The notes beneath the pieces were generated by a model. The model did not search any database, was not told where the DNA came from, and worked only from the letters and a program-made list of their open reading frames with translations. Of a DNA stretch of 64,000 nucleotides, positions 11,830 through 24,266 are shown in pieces. The stretch spans positions 408,465-472,464 of the forward strand of contig JAKMXF010000296.1 of assembly GCA_024704765.1 (NCBI GenBank), in the 5' to 3' direction. Each line of letters starts with the position of its first letter. Position 1 is the first letter of the stretch. Both the position numbers and the translations under genes were made by a program. The stretch is from Oopsacas minuta. Lineage: Eukaryota; Animalia; Porifera.

Positions 11830-14826
11830 ACCTGTTTTTGTAAGCGGTTCTCAATCTCAATCAAGGATTTATTCAGGATATACAGGTCACAACTAAGTTA
11901 GGAAGGGCTTCTATGCAAGATTATGGAAATCAGAAAGATAAAACTTGTACTTTTCCCTAGTGCCACAGGATTACTGGACCATTAAATATGAAAATGGTGG
12001 CAAATTACTGACGTAGTTGAGGATGCATACTACAATTAGCAGCTTCATCTAAACACAGATCGTACTCATTGTCGTTCTCTAACAATCCTCGCTTACAGGC
12101 GGCATCCTTAAATGTATCACAAATGGTTCCGTCAGGCAGAGTACAGATATCTTTAAAGTTGTATAACCAATAACATGGTTTAATAGCATTCTCATATAGA
12201 ATCTGTCTCCATCACTGGATTAGCGGAATATACTCGGCCAACTGTTGTACCGAACCCTTTCACTCTCTCCTTCCATTCTCTCTTAGTTTTATCTCACACA
12301 AAGTGTTCGGGAAAATTTAAGTAGGAATATTCTCGGGCAGATGGAAACTTTTGGTTAGCCATGAACCATCCCACTAGTTTGGAATGTCCCAAGTTTCCTA
12401 CCACAGCATTGATATCAGCAGTTGCCTTGAACGCTCTGCTTATTCTCCGGATAGAGAGCTAGCCTAACAATGTGTGGTAATTAGCATGGAGTTCAAAGGA
12501 GAATATTCTATAGCTGGCTTCAGATGCAGAAACATATTTAGCTCCTGATAGTTGTATATTTCATTATTCTCTCCGGATTTATCACCATCATTACCGGAAC
12601 TGATCTTAATAATGGCTCTATCGTGACCTTTATGATCATACTTATAGAGGTACTTAACAGCCAATAATGTGGTACAGATATCAACGTTGATATGTGCATT
12701 GAACTTTAACAACAGATACGCATTGCAAGGTACAACCCATCTATAATCTAGAATAATACTACCACGTTCTACAGTACCTGAATTATCTCTACGTCGATAC
12801 AATGGATAACTATCCTTGGTAGTTGTTGTAAGACGGAGAACAACTTGGAAATTTTAGCGCTTGAACCTTTATGCATGCAAGGAGCAGTTCCTTTGCTATT
12901 CCAAGCGGACTATGGATCATACATCGCTTTACAATGCTATTCAATCTGGGCTGGACCTCAGGGTCGGGTATTTCAGCGCAACAATCTTTTCATAATTAGA
13001 AGGCTCATGTGATTTGCGATCATCAGCTAAGATAATTAAAATATCAGATGGGGTAACCCACGCTTCTGAAATTCGATAGTATAGACATGTGCAACGGGTC
13101 TACAAAGGATATGTTTTTAAGGATATTACTAAGCAGTTCCCGTAATTTTAATCGAGACAGTTGCACAGTTAAATCAGGTCGGTCGTTAGCTTTCTGGCCA
13201 ATCAGATGAATATTAGTCATTTCAGATCAAAGGGGATTACAAGTAAACTTGATAAATACATCAGGTTTTCCATACCTCCGTACAATTGTCATTGCATCCT
13301 GATAAAGTTGGAACATGTGCCTCGGAGAGCCAATGGAACTCTAGGGAAGAATTATCTTTTGTCCCAACTCTTCAACTTCAGCATCTCCTCTAGCAAGAGC
13401 ATCAGCTAATCCACTGTATAGATCAACTAAGATCTGTTGCTGATTTAATTTTATATACTTAAGTCTCTGCTGCTCAATTTTGGCATACATGTTTACGATG
13501 TACTGGTGAAACTGCCTGCCAGAGAGATGTAAGTGGTTTAATCCACTTCTAACCATCAGTTGATAGCAGTAGAAGTCTAATGCTGTGACAGTCCCTCTAC
13601 TTTTGCTATTGGGGATATTAATATGCCATCCATCACTACTAAGGGGAATAGCAATAAATAATGAAGTGAATCATAAGAACGGTGTAATTTCTTTGTTTTG
13701 TATTCCGCCATGTCTGGCATACAGAACAATGTCTCTGTTTATCACTGTTTCTGAATAACCATCTCCAGGAAGCAATACTGCAATATCAAGAGCAGAAGGG
13801 GCAGAGCATGTTCGTGGATCTCCAATACCACCTTCTAGGATAGTGAACTTTATATCAATCGCATTAATGTTACGCATATGATTTATAGCATGTCAGCAAG
13901 AAACATAAAGGTTGACCTCGTGTAACATCTGTCGTAATCCTTTCAATTCAGGGAGACAGGTTACGCACATGTGTCTTTGACGATTTTCTAACTCAGCTTC
14001 TGAAGCCTCATCGCGGATATAAATTTGAGCGAATTTGGGTGGCTCTCTCACTTAGGGATTAATCTACCGATTGAATGGTGTACTACCCCATGTATTCAGA
14101 ACGTATAGACACCAAGCTTAGCGTTGGCCAGTTCGTTATCAACATTGGCTCTTAGAGGACAAAACGTAAGACTTGGGTATAAGCACATATATTACTCCTG
14201 AATTTGATAGCTCTTTTACCAGTAGCTGTGAGTAAGTGAGTAAGCAGCTCAGGAGGTGTATCTAAAGGAGGTAAAACAACTTTCCCCTCCCCACAACAAA
14301 GGAGAACTTAATAGTCTTAGTGTTGGTAGATAGTTTTTCACTTTTCCAAAACATTTGCATCGCATAAATTACAACAAAAAGGACATGTAACCGAGTGAAT
14401 GTTCGGATATGATGGTATCACTAACCTCACATGTAAATTGCGATCGAGCTAAGTTAATATATCTCTTAGAAGTTAATGACTTACTTTTAGCATATAACTC
14501 AACCCGATATTTCAGACGAACATTGTGCTCGTGCTCAGACTCTTTGCTCCTGAGATTCTCTTGAAGAGTTCACTGATACTCAAATCGCTCAGCGGATTGA
14601 TCCTCAGATTCACTTTGTCAGAAATTCGCTTGAAGAGTTCTCTGGTACTCTAATCGCTGAGAGGTCTCGTAATCTGATGGGAAGCTTTCAAGTTAGCTTG
14701 TTGGTCCCTTTTTTCCCGAAGACGCTCTGATCTTTCTTCCTGAGATTCGTTTTGGCGAAGTAAATGCCTACGCTCAGCTTCAGACATAGCTGGTTTATTC
14801 CCGGACAATCCTGGTTCTTTTTTCAT
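11830..14826 (-). pseudogene. Helitron RepHel pseudogene (Rep domain plus start of helicase)
   Basis: N-terminal E/Q/R-rich repeats; Zn-finger-like C..C...CCGEGKVVLP (about 14250-14400); FHQYIVNMYAKIEQQRL...LGQKIILP; EFQKRGLPH (about 13048-13075); AVKYLYKY (12464-12802 ORF); a degraded Walker-A-like segment at about 11945-11985. No later helicase motifs were found. Confidence 0.9.
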
Positions 14827-15432
14827 GATTATCTTATTCAAATATCAATACAGAAATTTGTATAATAAAAAGTCTGATACATGTGTAATGTGTTACATAT
14901 ATAGTAATAAATTTACTCATAATTAAGCATTAATTAATTACACCTACTGGTTTTAATTGTAGAATTGAAAATTTGATAGACTCTATTTAGTAACCTAGAT
15001 TACTACATTGAATTTTTCCTGTCATCTGAATCAAAAATTAACGTGATGAGTAAACTTTCCACGATATACTACCTTTACTAAATAGAATGTTCACTATTTG
15101 TAGAGACAGTAATTATACATAATCTAGTATTCATTATACCGTTTTGAGCTTCTTTAAACAAATATTCCTCTGCTTCAATGATTTGTAAACAAATACAAAC
15201 CACAGTAAATTTATATATGAGAAATTTGTAAATGCGAAATTCTGGTTCAGCGTACTATGTTATCCATGAGTAGCCGTTTAGAACCAGCCTGGAATTATAT
15301 TTGGAGTTGGATAATTTACTTACTTTATATTCATAAAAACAACAATGTATTTATATATGATTAACCCAAAAGTGTGGATATCAGATTCAGCATGTTCGAT
15401 GTATTTAGTGCAGTTGTATTGAATTCTATTTA

Positions 15433-16768
15433 CATGGTGATCCATAAGTTCTGCAACAAAATTTAGATTACAGTTATTTAATTTACCCACTATATCCACT
15501 TCTGTTATACATTTACATTGATTAATAGTGTATTTCTAGCAAATATTTACGCTACTATGCACTCTTCTAATAGATATGAGTACTGCAGATAATATAGAAC
15601 AAAAGCGATCTGCTGTAATTCAGCTTTGGTAAAATGATCATCGTCAAGCAGATATTTGGAAATCACTTGGGACACAAGAATACGCAAGATCTTTGTTTCT
15701 CCTACGATAAATAGATACAAACAAGCTTGGTACTCTCAAAGATGCACCACGCTCGGATATACCTCGCTCCGTTAGAACCCCAGTTGTGATGCGGAAAATC
15801 AGGCAGATGCTTTCGCGGAAACTAGCACTCCCCTGCAGGCGAATTGCTGCAAAAGCTTTTATTTCTAATATATCTGCTCAAGTTCTCATTTCTAATGACA
15901 TTTAGATCAAATCTTTTAGAAGAAATCGAACTGAAGCTCTTAATCAACATACAATAAAGAAAAGGGTCCAATGTTGCTGCAAGTTGAGTGTTAGCCTCAA
16001 AAATGTCCACCTTGATATCTTAATAACATTGTTATTTCTGACGAGAAAATTTGGAGCATTGAAGAGAAGCACAATACTCAGAATTCCCGTGTATATGCTA
16101 TAACGTTTTAAAACATCCCAGAGCAATAAAACGTGTATAAACAGCTTGCAACCCAAAACTGATGGTTTGGGTAGGAATTTCTGGTAAGGGAAAACACCAA
16201 TTGTATTTCTGCCTGAGGGTGCAAAGATCAACGCAATTTTGTATCAAAACTCATTCTTTCCAAGCATGTTAGTCGGATTGGGAATACGTTCATGAAAGAC
16301 AATCATTGGTTGTTGCAACAAGATGGAGCACCAGCTCTGAGAGCAGCTTCCTCCCAACACTAGCTTGTAAACGATGTTCCAGAATTCATCTGGAAAAATG
16401 ATTCGCTCCGTCTACCCCCTATTTTAATCCTTGTGACTTACCAATGGGGAAAGAATGGAAGCAATTGTGAACAGTCAGTCTTATGGCTCAATTGAGTCAC
16501 TAAAAAGAGCAATTCGGCGTGCTTGGACTCAACTGGACCAAGAAGAAATCGCGAATGCCTGTCGAAAATTCCCGGAAAACTTGAAAATGTATTCAAGCCA
16601 GAGGCAAGCGATCTGAGAAGATAAACACGAAGAAAGTGGACTATAGAGCATAAATTATCAATAGATATACTAAGTGATTATAACATAATGATTTAACAAT
16701 TAAAATTCGACATTTGACATTCATTTTTGAAATTTGAATTTTGTTGCAGAACTTTGGGATCACCCTTG
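15433..16768 (+). mobile_element. Tc1/mariner element, maT/DD37D-type, degraded
   Basis: TIRs catggtgatccataagttctgcaacaaaattt and (reverse complement) caagggtgatcccaaagttctgcaacaaaattc, with TA flanks. Remnant motifs: RSG.PRSVRTP, IVISDEKIF, QQDGAPA, P.FNPCD. Confidence 0.8.
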
Positions 16769-17564
16769 TACTCCCTTGATAAACACGATAAATACATAGT
16801 TTTGCGACAATTTAGAAATTGCATAGCATAAATCCTTTCCTTGACAACGGACAAACAAACAATCATTGACATATAATGATATAGATTTTCGGTAATATCG
16901 TATAGTCCATCACCACCACGCTTTTGCGAATTTATATACGCCACTATCCGATTCACCCATTCAGTCGCTTCAATTGATTAGCTAAATCGACTAAGTGACT
17001 GGCGTTTTCCAAAAGTTGGCTGATAATCTAATGCCAAATTAGGATAATTAAGTTAGTAATACAATTGTTAGAATACTCAAATTTGAAACGTATGGATAAC
17101 CTTTATATTTAGTTGGGCTCTTATGTGATTGTAGTTTCTTTTGAAACTTGTTTTATACATCTGAAGTTCTATAATTCACAATATCTATTATTGACACTTA
17201 TTAATCAGTATATCCGCAGAAATTATGGCTATGGAGTCAGATTTACTTACAGCGTGACTTACACTCACAATCAGAAGTATTCGTAATTCCTAAAATGTCT
17301 ATTTAAATTGTACTGGATCAATTCATACTACCCATGATTATGAATTAGGATCATGCGTTTCCCATTGCTAGATGTTATCAGATCTATGATAGTACTATTT
17401 TCCATTGGATTTTTTAGGTGAACGCAAAGCTTTGGTAGAGGAGTGTAAGATTGTATATATCACGATAAAGGAAAGCATATCAATTGCTTATGGAACTAAT
17501 AAATACATTTACATAGAGAAATCTATTTGTTTCGATACTATCAAAATTGTGAATTTCCCGTGTA

Positions 17565-17703
17565 CAGTGGAACCTGTAAAATCCGACATTTTCTTCGTTC
17601 TCAACAAATGTTGGATTACGGAGGTTACTCGATAATCCGACAATTTGCTAATCCGACATTTTATTCCTTTCCCAACGAGTGTCGGATAATGCAGGTTCCA
17701 CTG
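17565..17703. mobile_element. 139-bp pogo/Tigger-type MITE
   Basis: TIRs cagtggaacctg...atccgaca and tgtcggat...caggttccactg; flanks TA and TT. Confidence 0.7.
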
Positions 17704-18260
17704 TTGTGAATTAGTAGTGCTTAACATTTGACTATATTGGTCAAAGTTTACCTATAACTTGATACCATTTAGTTATGGACAAATTGTCTTACATAGAGGT
17801 TCTACACACCTTTAACAAAAGTATGCATACACCCAAAAAGTCCCTTCAATAATGGTACTATAATATATTTGCTAATCTTTCGTAGTGTATTCACATTTTA
17901 TCAGATATGGCAATGATTTAAAATCATATTCTAGGCATCCGAAATAACTATTGAAGAAGCTTTCAAATCACTAGATTAATTTTTGACCATTATCATTGAT
18001 TGTAACTATGTACCACATATTTACATTGTCAACATAAAGCTATGATGGGACTAATTGCACATGGTGGCAATGATTGATAATGATCAGCCTAACGAGTAGC
18101 TATTAAAAGTGTAGGGTTCTGCAATGGCCATCACTAATGTGTACAATAGGAATCAAATAATAAGAATACTTTTGATTGGTGATCTAACTTCCTATATGCT
18201 GATCTTACATATTAATTCTATATTTCTTAGAATGCCCAGCGAAATCATGAAAATGCTCTA

Positions 18261-19078
18261 AAGTGGACTCTCCCAAAACGGACACCCCGAGAAGCGGACA
18301 ACCCCCTACAACGGACTTGCCTATAGGCACGGGTTGACTTTACCAAGCATGTAATACTTAAGCAGTCTCCGAGGAGCGAACAACTCCGAATTCTGAACAA
18401 CGGGCAGGGAACTGGCCACGAATGGCGTGCCTTAATGCAAAATTATATCTCAAGAAAGGACAACCAGAAACTGAAACCAATAATTTTATAGATATCTCAA
18501 ATTTACATAATTATATGAGTGCTATACAAGCCTTAAGTCTTTCAAGTCTTTCAATAATTCTTTCATTTGTCAATGTAAACTTTGGGTGCATAAAGGCGGT
18601 ATACACATGGGATTTCTAGTCTGTAACCTCCTCTTCTGTTTTCTTTCTCTCCAGTACCTCAGCAAATCCTTTATATACTTCTCTTCTCAAAAATTGTGAG
18701 AGTCGAGTATTTTTTAAGTAGTTATGGGCATTGGCACCACAATAGATACTGTAGCTAGTCTGCAAGTGTCAACCAGTAGACAAAGTATCTTCCTGACATA
18801 TTTGAACACCCATTATAATCTTTATAATATAAAGCATACCAATATGCTTACGTTACTCATCAGTCATCACACTATACTATATTCATTCTAATAATAGGAA
18901 AATAAAACTTGTGACTTCTCTCGTAACCATTCAACATTCATACAAGTAAATCTCCATTCAAAATGATACATATTAGGTGTTATGATAAAAATATGGACCA
19001 GTGGCCGAGAAGCAGACAATTCTCTACAACGGACAGGAGCCATGTCATCAACGTGTCCGTAATTCGGAGACTCCACTG
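18261..19078. mobile_element. Non-autonomous pogo/Tigger-type element (about 820 bp)
   Basis: Left ta|aagtggactctcc...acggacac; right gtgtccgt...ggagactccactg|ta. Subterminal gagaagcggaca/caacggac repeats occur at both ends. No recognisable ORF. Confidence 0.6.
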
Positions 19079-19816
19079 TATTGTAAGTGTAAATGATCAT
19101 TGCGTAAAATTGTATGTTATATTACATCAAACTGTATTATCAGGGTATGAGAAATTAGGTATACAGAACCTGAGCCTTATCAACTAAAATTCTTAAGTCA
19201 AATTCTTAGAATTTTGCTTAACTTTAAGTGAAATTCTTAGAATTAGACTAATTTTAGAATAATTCTTAGAATTTCCCAACACTTAAGACTTATCTTTAGA
19301 ATTTATGAAAGTGGTATTAATGAAAATTCTTAAGTCAAATTCTTAGAATAATTCTAAGAAGAATATTTAGTGAGGTAAAGAGGACACTTAACTTGTAATT
19401 TATTCTTCTTTTCTATGAAATTACTACAAATATGTATTTATTTACAAAGAAGATTGGTAATTGCTTAAGAAAATATGTTTGATTATCATATCAACATGTT
19501 GTACTAACCACAGCATAGAACTAGTCAAATTACATACCAACTATATTTAGGCACCATTTCTTGATGTCACTCAGAATTGTATTATGACATCAATAAATGT
19601 ATTTATGTAGTTACATCTCATATATTTTGAAACATAATAGTGTGTATCTAAACTAGGGTAGATCAAATCAATGTCATCTGAGTGACGTCCTGCAAAAATA
19701 TACGCAATCTATGCAATTTTATCCATTTACGTATATTATCATCTTTAGTTATAAGTATAAATAATAATAATACAATATTAATTAATTATGATAATATCTT
19801 AACAATCGCTCGCATT

Positions 19817-20594
19817 ATGACCACTGAAAAATCGAAGACTCATTCAAAGAATTTTACTCAGGAGGAGATAATGTCACTTGTGGATCTCATTCATGACCAA
19901 AAATCGAAATTGTTCGGCGCTCTAACATCAACTGTGACTTTCGATGATAAGAACAAAATCTGAGAAGAGATTCCAAGGAGACTGTCTGGAGTACATGGGA
20001 ATGTAAGAGCAAGAGATGATATCATGAAAAAATGGTATGATGTACTAACAAAACATAAGCCTCGTATTGCAGATAAGTTAGTATCAGCAAGAAATCTGTA
20101 GGAAGTCCTGCAGATACTGATTAGGATGAAATAGAAGCTAAAATCGGGAGCATCAAAGGGAAGGAAGCTTTTGAAGGCATTGAATCGGGTATCGATCTCT
20201 TGAATCCCAATGTTCAAATGATGAAACTGAAAGGATGCTGGTAAGCCCAGTTCCCTCTGAAAATATTGAGCATATAAAGTTTTTCCAACAAGCCCCAAGA
20301 AAACGTCATCGTTTGGAAAATGACGAATTGGAATCGACCAAACGTGCAATTTTAGAGAAAGAAGATGAGAAATTGGGGATTTTGGCTGACATTGATTCTA
20401 AGCTAGATCAGCTTGAGAGTAAATTCGATCGAGTGATCCAGATTTTGCAACATACAGCAACGGATCAATCAAAGACACTTTCTCTTCTGATGGCTCAAAC
20501 TATGCCTGCTCTGCCGCATTTTCAGACATCGCTTCCTTCATTTCTTACTTCAAATTTGTCTTAATTGCCTCATTACTTTCAAAATCAAGATTAG
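19817..20594 (+). pseudogene. Harbinger Myb/SANT-like DNA-binding protein, copy A
   Basis: MTTEKSKTHSKNFTQEEIMSLVDL...KI*EEI...RARDDIMKKWYDV is a Myb/SANT (NAIF1/MSANTD-like) pattern, broken by stops and frameshifts. Confidence 0.85.
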
Positions 20595-20708
20595 GAATCC
20601 TTAATTAAGATAATTATGTTATAAGTAAATCAGAGCCTAATTCATTCATGTGCTCAGTTAATTAATTAACTTCCTATATCATGTGAAATAGGTTTTAATA
20701 TATCTTCT

Positions 20709-21729
20709 CTAACTAAAATCCGTTATCTGAATGTTCAGCGTGTCTGTTTCGGTGTAGGGCATGTCACTTTCCAATTTTTCAAATTCAATTTGAAGACCAC
20801 GATCAACACAAAAATTATGAAGTACCATGGAGGGTAAGATTAGTTTGCAAACCCTCTCTGGGCGAAAGCACAATCTGTCACCAGTCTTGTCCATTGATCT
20901 CCATCTGCTCTTCCATATTCCAAAGGTACATTCAATTGTCTTTCGAGTCTTCAGGAAAGCACGATTATAACTTCTTTCGCGAGCTGTAACAGGAAGTAGT
21001 AATGGAGTCATCAAATTTGGGCGCAACGAATAACAACTATCGCCGAGAAACCACCCATCAAGAATTGGAATTTTTTACTGGTGATCTTAAGATTGATTCC
21101 TGATTGCCGCCATATGAACGTGTCATGTGTACTGCCTGGCCAATTCACAACTACACCAATAAACTTGAATACATAGTCACATATCGCTTGGATGTTAATT
21201 GAATGAAAACTTTTATGATAAACATAAATTGCTTAGTTGCTGCTAGGTGCAACAATTGGGATATGTGTGCCGTCTATACAACCTAATACTTTAGGAAACC
21301 CAAACTTTTCCTTAAATCCATGCTGCATGCTCATCTGTCTAGCAGCAGTTGGAAACTGTATATAGTCTTTCGCAATAGAGCATAATGCATCTGTTGCACC
21401 TCTAACAGAGTTGGACACAGAGGGCTGGGAAATTCCATGAGCTGATGCAACCACAGTTTGGAACTACCAGTAGCTAGAAACTGAAGAGTGACCATTAATT
21501 GAATAGTCACCGAAAGTGAATGAGATCGGCTTGTAGATCGAGACATGAAAATCTCAATTTTATCATGCAATTCTAAGAACATTTCTCTTCTGATTCTATA
21601 ACGAGAAATAAACTCTACATCTGTGTACGCATCAAGAGGGTTTAACCTGTCACGAAATATTCTCTGGCGTCGTAAACTGCCTATTTCCAGCTCCAAAAGG
21701 ACAAAAAGCGAGGCCGTGAGTTTATACAA
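20709..21729 (-). pseudogene. Harbinger (HARBI1-like) DDE nuclease, copy A
   Basis: LQFLATG, GCIDGTHIPI and KTIECTFGIWKSRWR motifs; stops and frameshifts. Confidence 0.92.
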
Positions 21730-22349
21730 TAGTACACAAATGAGAAATGCAATGAATATCCTTTTCTATTGGATGGGGCAATTTATCTCATTAATGATAA
21801 ATCAAATATACATGTATAAGGATTATATTTTCTACTATGCGCACATCTTCTCAAAAAGCGATTGAAGTCGAAGGAATTGTCCTAAATTTTATTTATCAAT
21901 TGGAAGAATCAATCAAGTAGAATTACCCAATTCTAAGAATTATTCTCAGAATAGCTTTATTCTGATAATAATTCTAATAATTATTCTTAGAATCAGGGGC
22001 CTTATTAACTAAAATTCTAAGAATTATTCTTAACTTAATTCTAAGTGTATTTCTAAGAATAATTCTAAGAATTCATGAAATATTCTTAGTTTTCGTTAAG
22101 AATTCTTAACTTGGCTATACTTAACGGATTCTAAGAATAATTCTTAGAATAATTCTTAGAATTAAGCAATTCTAAGAAAAATTCTTAGAATTGGGTAATT
22201 CTACTTGATTGATTCTTGCTATTGATTAATAAAATTTATGCCAATTCATTCGACTTCAATCGCTTTTTGAGAAGATATGCGCATAGTGTACAATAAATTG
22301 CCCCACCCAATAGAAAAGGATATTCACTGCATTTCTCATTTGTGTACTA

Positions 22350-23404
22350 TTGTATAAACTCATGGCCTCGCTTTTTGTTCTTTTGGAGCTGGAAATAGGC
22401 AGCTTACGACGCCAGAGAATATTTCGTGACAGGTTAAACCCTTTTGATGCATACACTGATGTAGAGTTTATTTCTCGTTATAGAATCAGAAGAGAAATGT
22501 TCTTAGAATTACATGATAAATTGAGACTTTCATGTCTCGATCTACAAGCCGATCTCATTCACTTTCGGTGACAACTCAATTAGCGGTCACTCTTCAGTTT
22601 CTAGCTACGGGTAGTTTCCAAACTGTGGTTGCATCAGCTCATGGAATTTCCCAGCCCTCTGTGTCCAACTGTGTTAGAGGTGTAACAGATGCATTGTGCT
22701 CAATTGCAAAAGAGTATATACAGTTTCCAACTGCTGCTAGACAGATGAGCATGCAGCATGGATTTAAGGAAAAGTTTGGGTTTCCTAAAGTATTAGGTTG
22801 TATAGACGGCACACATATCCCAATTGTTGCACCTAGCAGCAACTAAGCAATTTATGTTAATCATAAAAGTTTTCATTCAATTAACGTCCAAGCGATATGT
22901 GACGATGTATTCAAGTTTATTGATGTAGTTGTGAAGTGGCCAGGCAGCACACATGACGCGTTCATATGGAGGCAATCAGGAATCAATCTTAAGATCACCA
23001 GTAAAGAAATTCCAATTCTTGATGGATGGTTTCTCGGCGATAGTGGTTATCCGTTGCGCCCAAATTTTATGACTCCATTACTATCTCCTGTTACACCTCG
23101 CGAAAGAAGGTATAATCGTGCTTTCCTGAAGACTCGAAAGACAATTGAATGTACCTTTGGAATATGGAAGAGCAGATGGAGATCAATGGACAAGACTAGT
23201 GGCAGTTTGTACTATAGTCTAGAGAGGGTTTGCAAACTAATCTTATCCTCCATGGTACTTCATAATTTTTGTGTTGATTGCGGTCTCCAAATTGATATTG
23301 AAAACTTGGAAAGTGATATGCCCTACACCGGAACGGAAGAGACTGAACATTCAGATAATGGGATTTTAGTTAGAGAAATTATAATTATAAATTATTTCAC
23401 ATGA
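22350..23404 (+). pseudogene. Harbinger (HARBI1-like) DDE nuclease, copy B
   Basis: GCIDGTHIPI...KWPGSTHDA...LGDSGYPL...IECTFGIWKSRW. One frameshift near 22520 and a TAA at 22844-22846. Confidence 0.93.
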
Positions 23405-23488
23405 TATAGGAAGCTTAATTAATTAACTGAGGACATGAATGATTTCGGTTATAATTTACTTATAACATAATTATCTTAATTAAGGATC

Positions 23489-24266
23489 CTAATCTTGACT
23501 TTGAAAGTAATGAGGCAATGAAGACAAATTAGAAGTAGGAAATGGAGGGGGCAATGTTTGAAAATGCGGCAGACGAGGCATAGTTTGAGCCATCAGAAGA
23601 GAAAGTGTCTTTGATTGGTCCGCTGCTGTATGTTGCAAAATCTGGATCACTCGATCGAATTTACTCTCAAGCCGATCTAGCTTAGAATCAATGTTAGTCA
23701 AAATCTCTAATTTCTTATCTTCTTTCTCTAAAATTGCACGTTTGGTCGATTCCAATTCGTCATTTTCCAAACGATGACGTTTTCTTGGGGCTTGTTGGAA
23801 AAACTTTGTTTGTTCAATATCTTCAGAGGGAACTGGGCTTATCAGCATCCTTTCAGTTTCATCATTTGAACATTGGGATTCAAGAGATCGATACCCGATT
23901 CAATGCCTTCAAAAGCTTCCTTCCCTTTGATGCTACCGATTTTAGCTTCTATTTCATCCTAATCAGTATCTGCAGGACTTCCTACAGATTTCTTGCTGAT
24001 GCTAACTTATCTGCAATACGAGGCTTATGTTTTGTTACTATATTATACCATTTTTTCATGACATCATCTCTTGTTCTTACATTCCCATGTAATTCAGACA
24101 GTCTCCCTGAAATTTCTTCCCAGATTTTGTTCTTATCATCGAAAGTTAGAGTTGATGTTAGAGCGCCGAACAATTTCGATTTTTGATCATGAATGAGATC
24201 CACGAGTGACATAATCTCCTCCTGAGTAAAATTCTTTGAACGAGTTTTCGATTTTTTAGTGGTCAT
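23489..24266 (-). pseudogene. Harbinger Myb/SANT-like protein, copy B
   Basis: SKNFTQEEIMSLVDL...KIWEEISGRL...RTRDDVMKKWYNI. Frameshifts and a TAG downstream; convergent with the nuclease gene. Confidence 0.88.

Larger units (their letters stand above)
10589..14910 (-). mobile_element. Helitron (RepHel with helicase largely deleted) carrying an antisense OTU gene; ends approximate
   Basis: The minus strand encodes RepHel fragments. A GC-rich motif ctgtcgcacccacgagctgctCTAA ending at 10589 resembles a Helitron 3' hairpin/CTRR end. The 5' end near 14900 (actatatatgtaa) is not a clear TC start. Confidence 0.7.

Noticed and set aside
19180-19370. Regular short repeats that could be mistaken for a CRISPR array
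   Set aside because: No unique spacers of constant length; these are Harbinger subterminal motifs in eukaryotic DNA.
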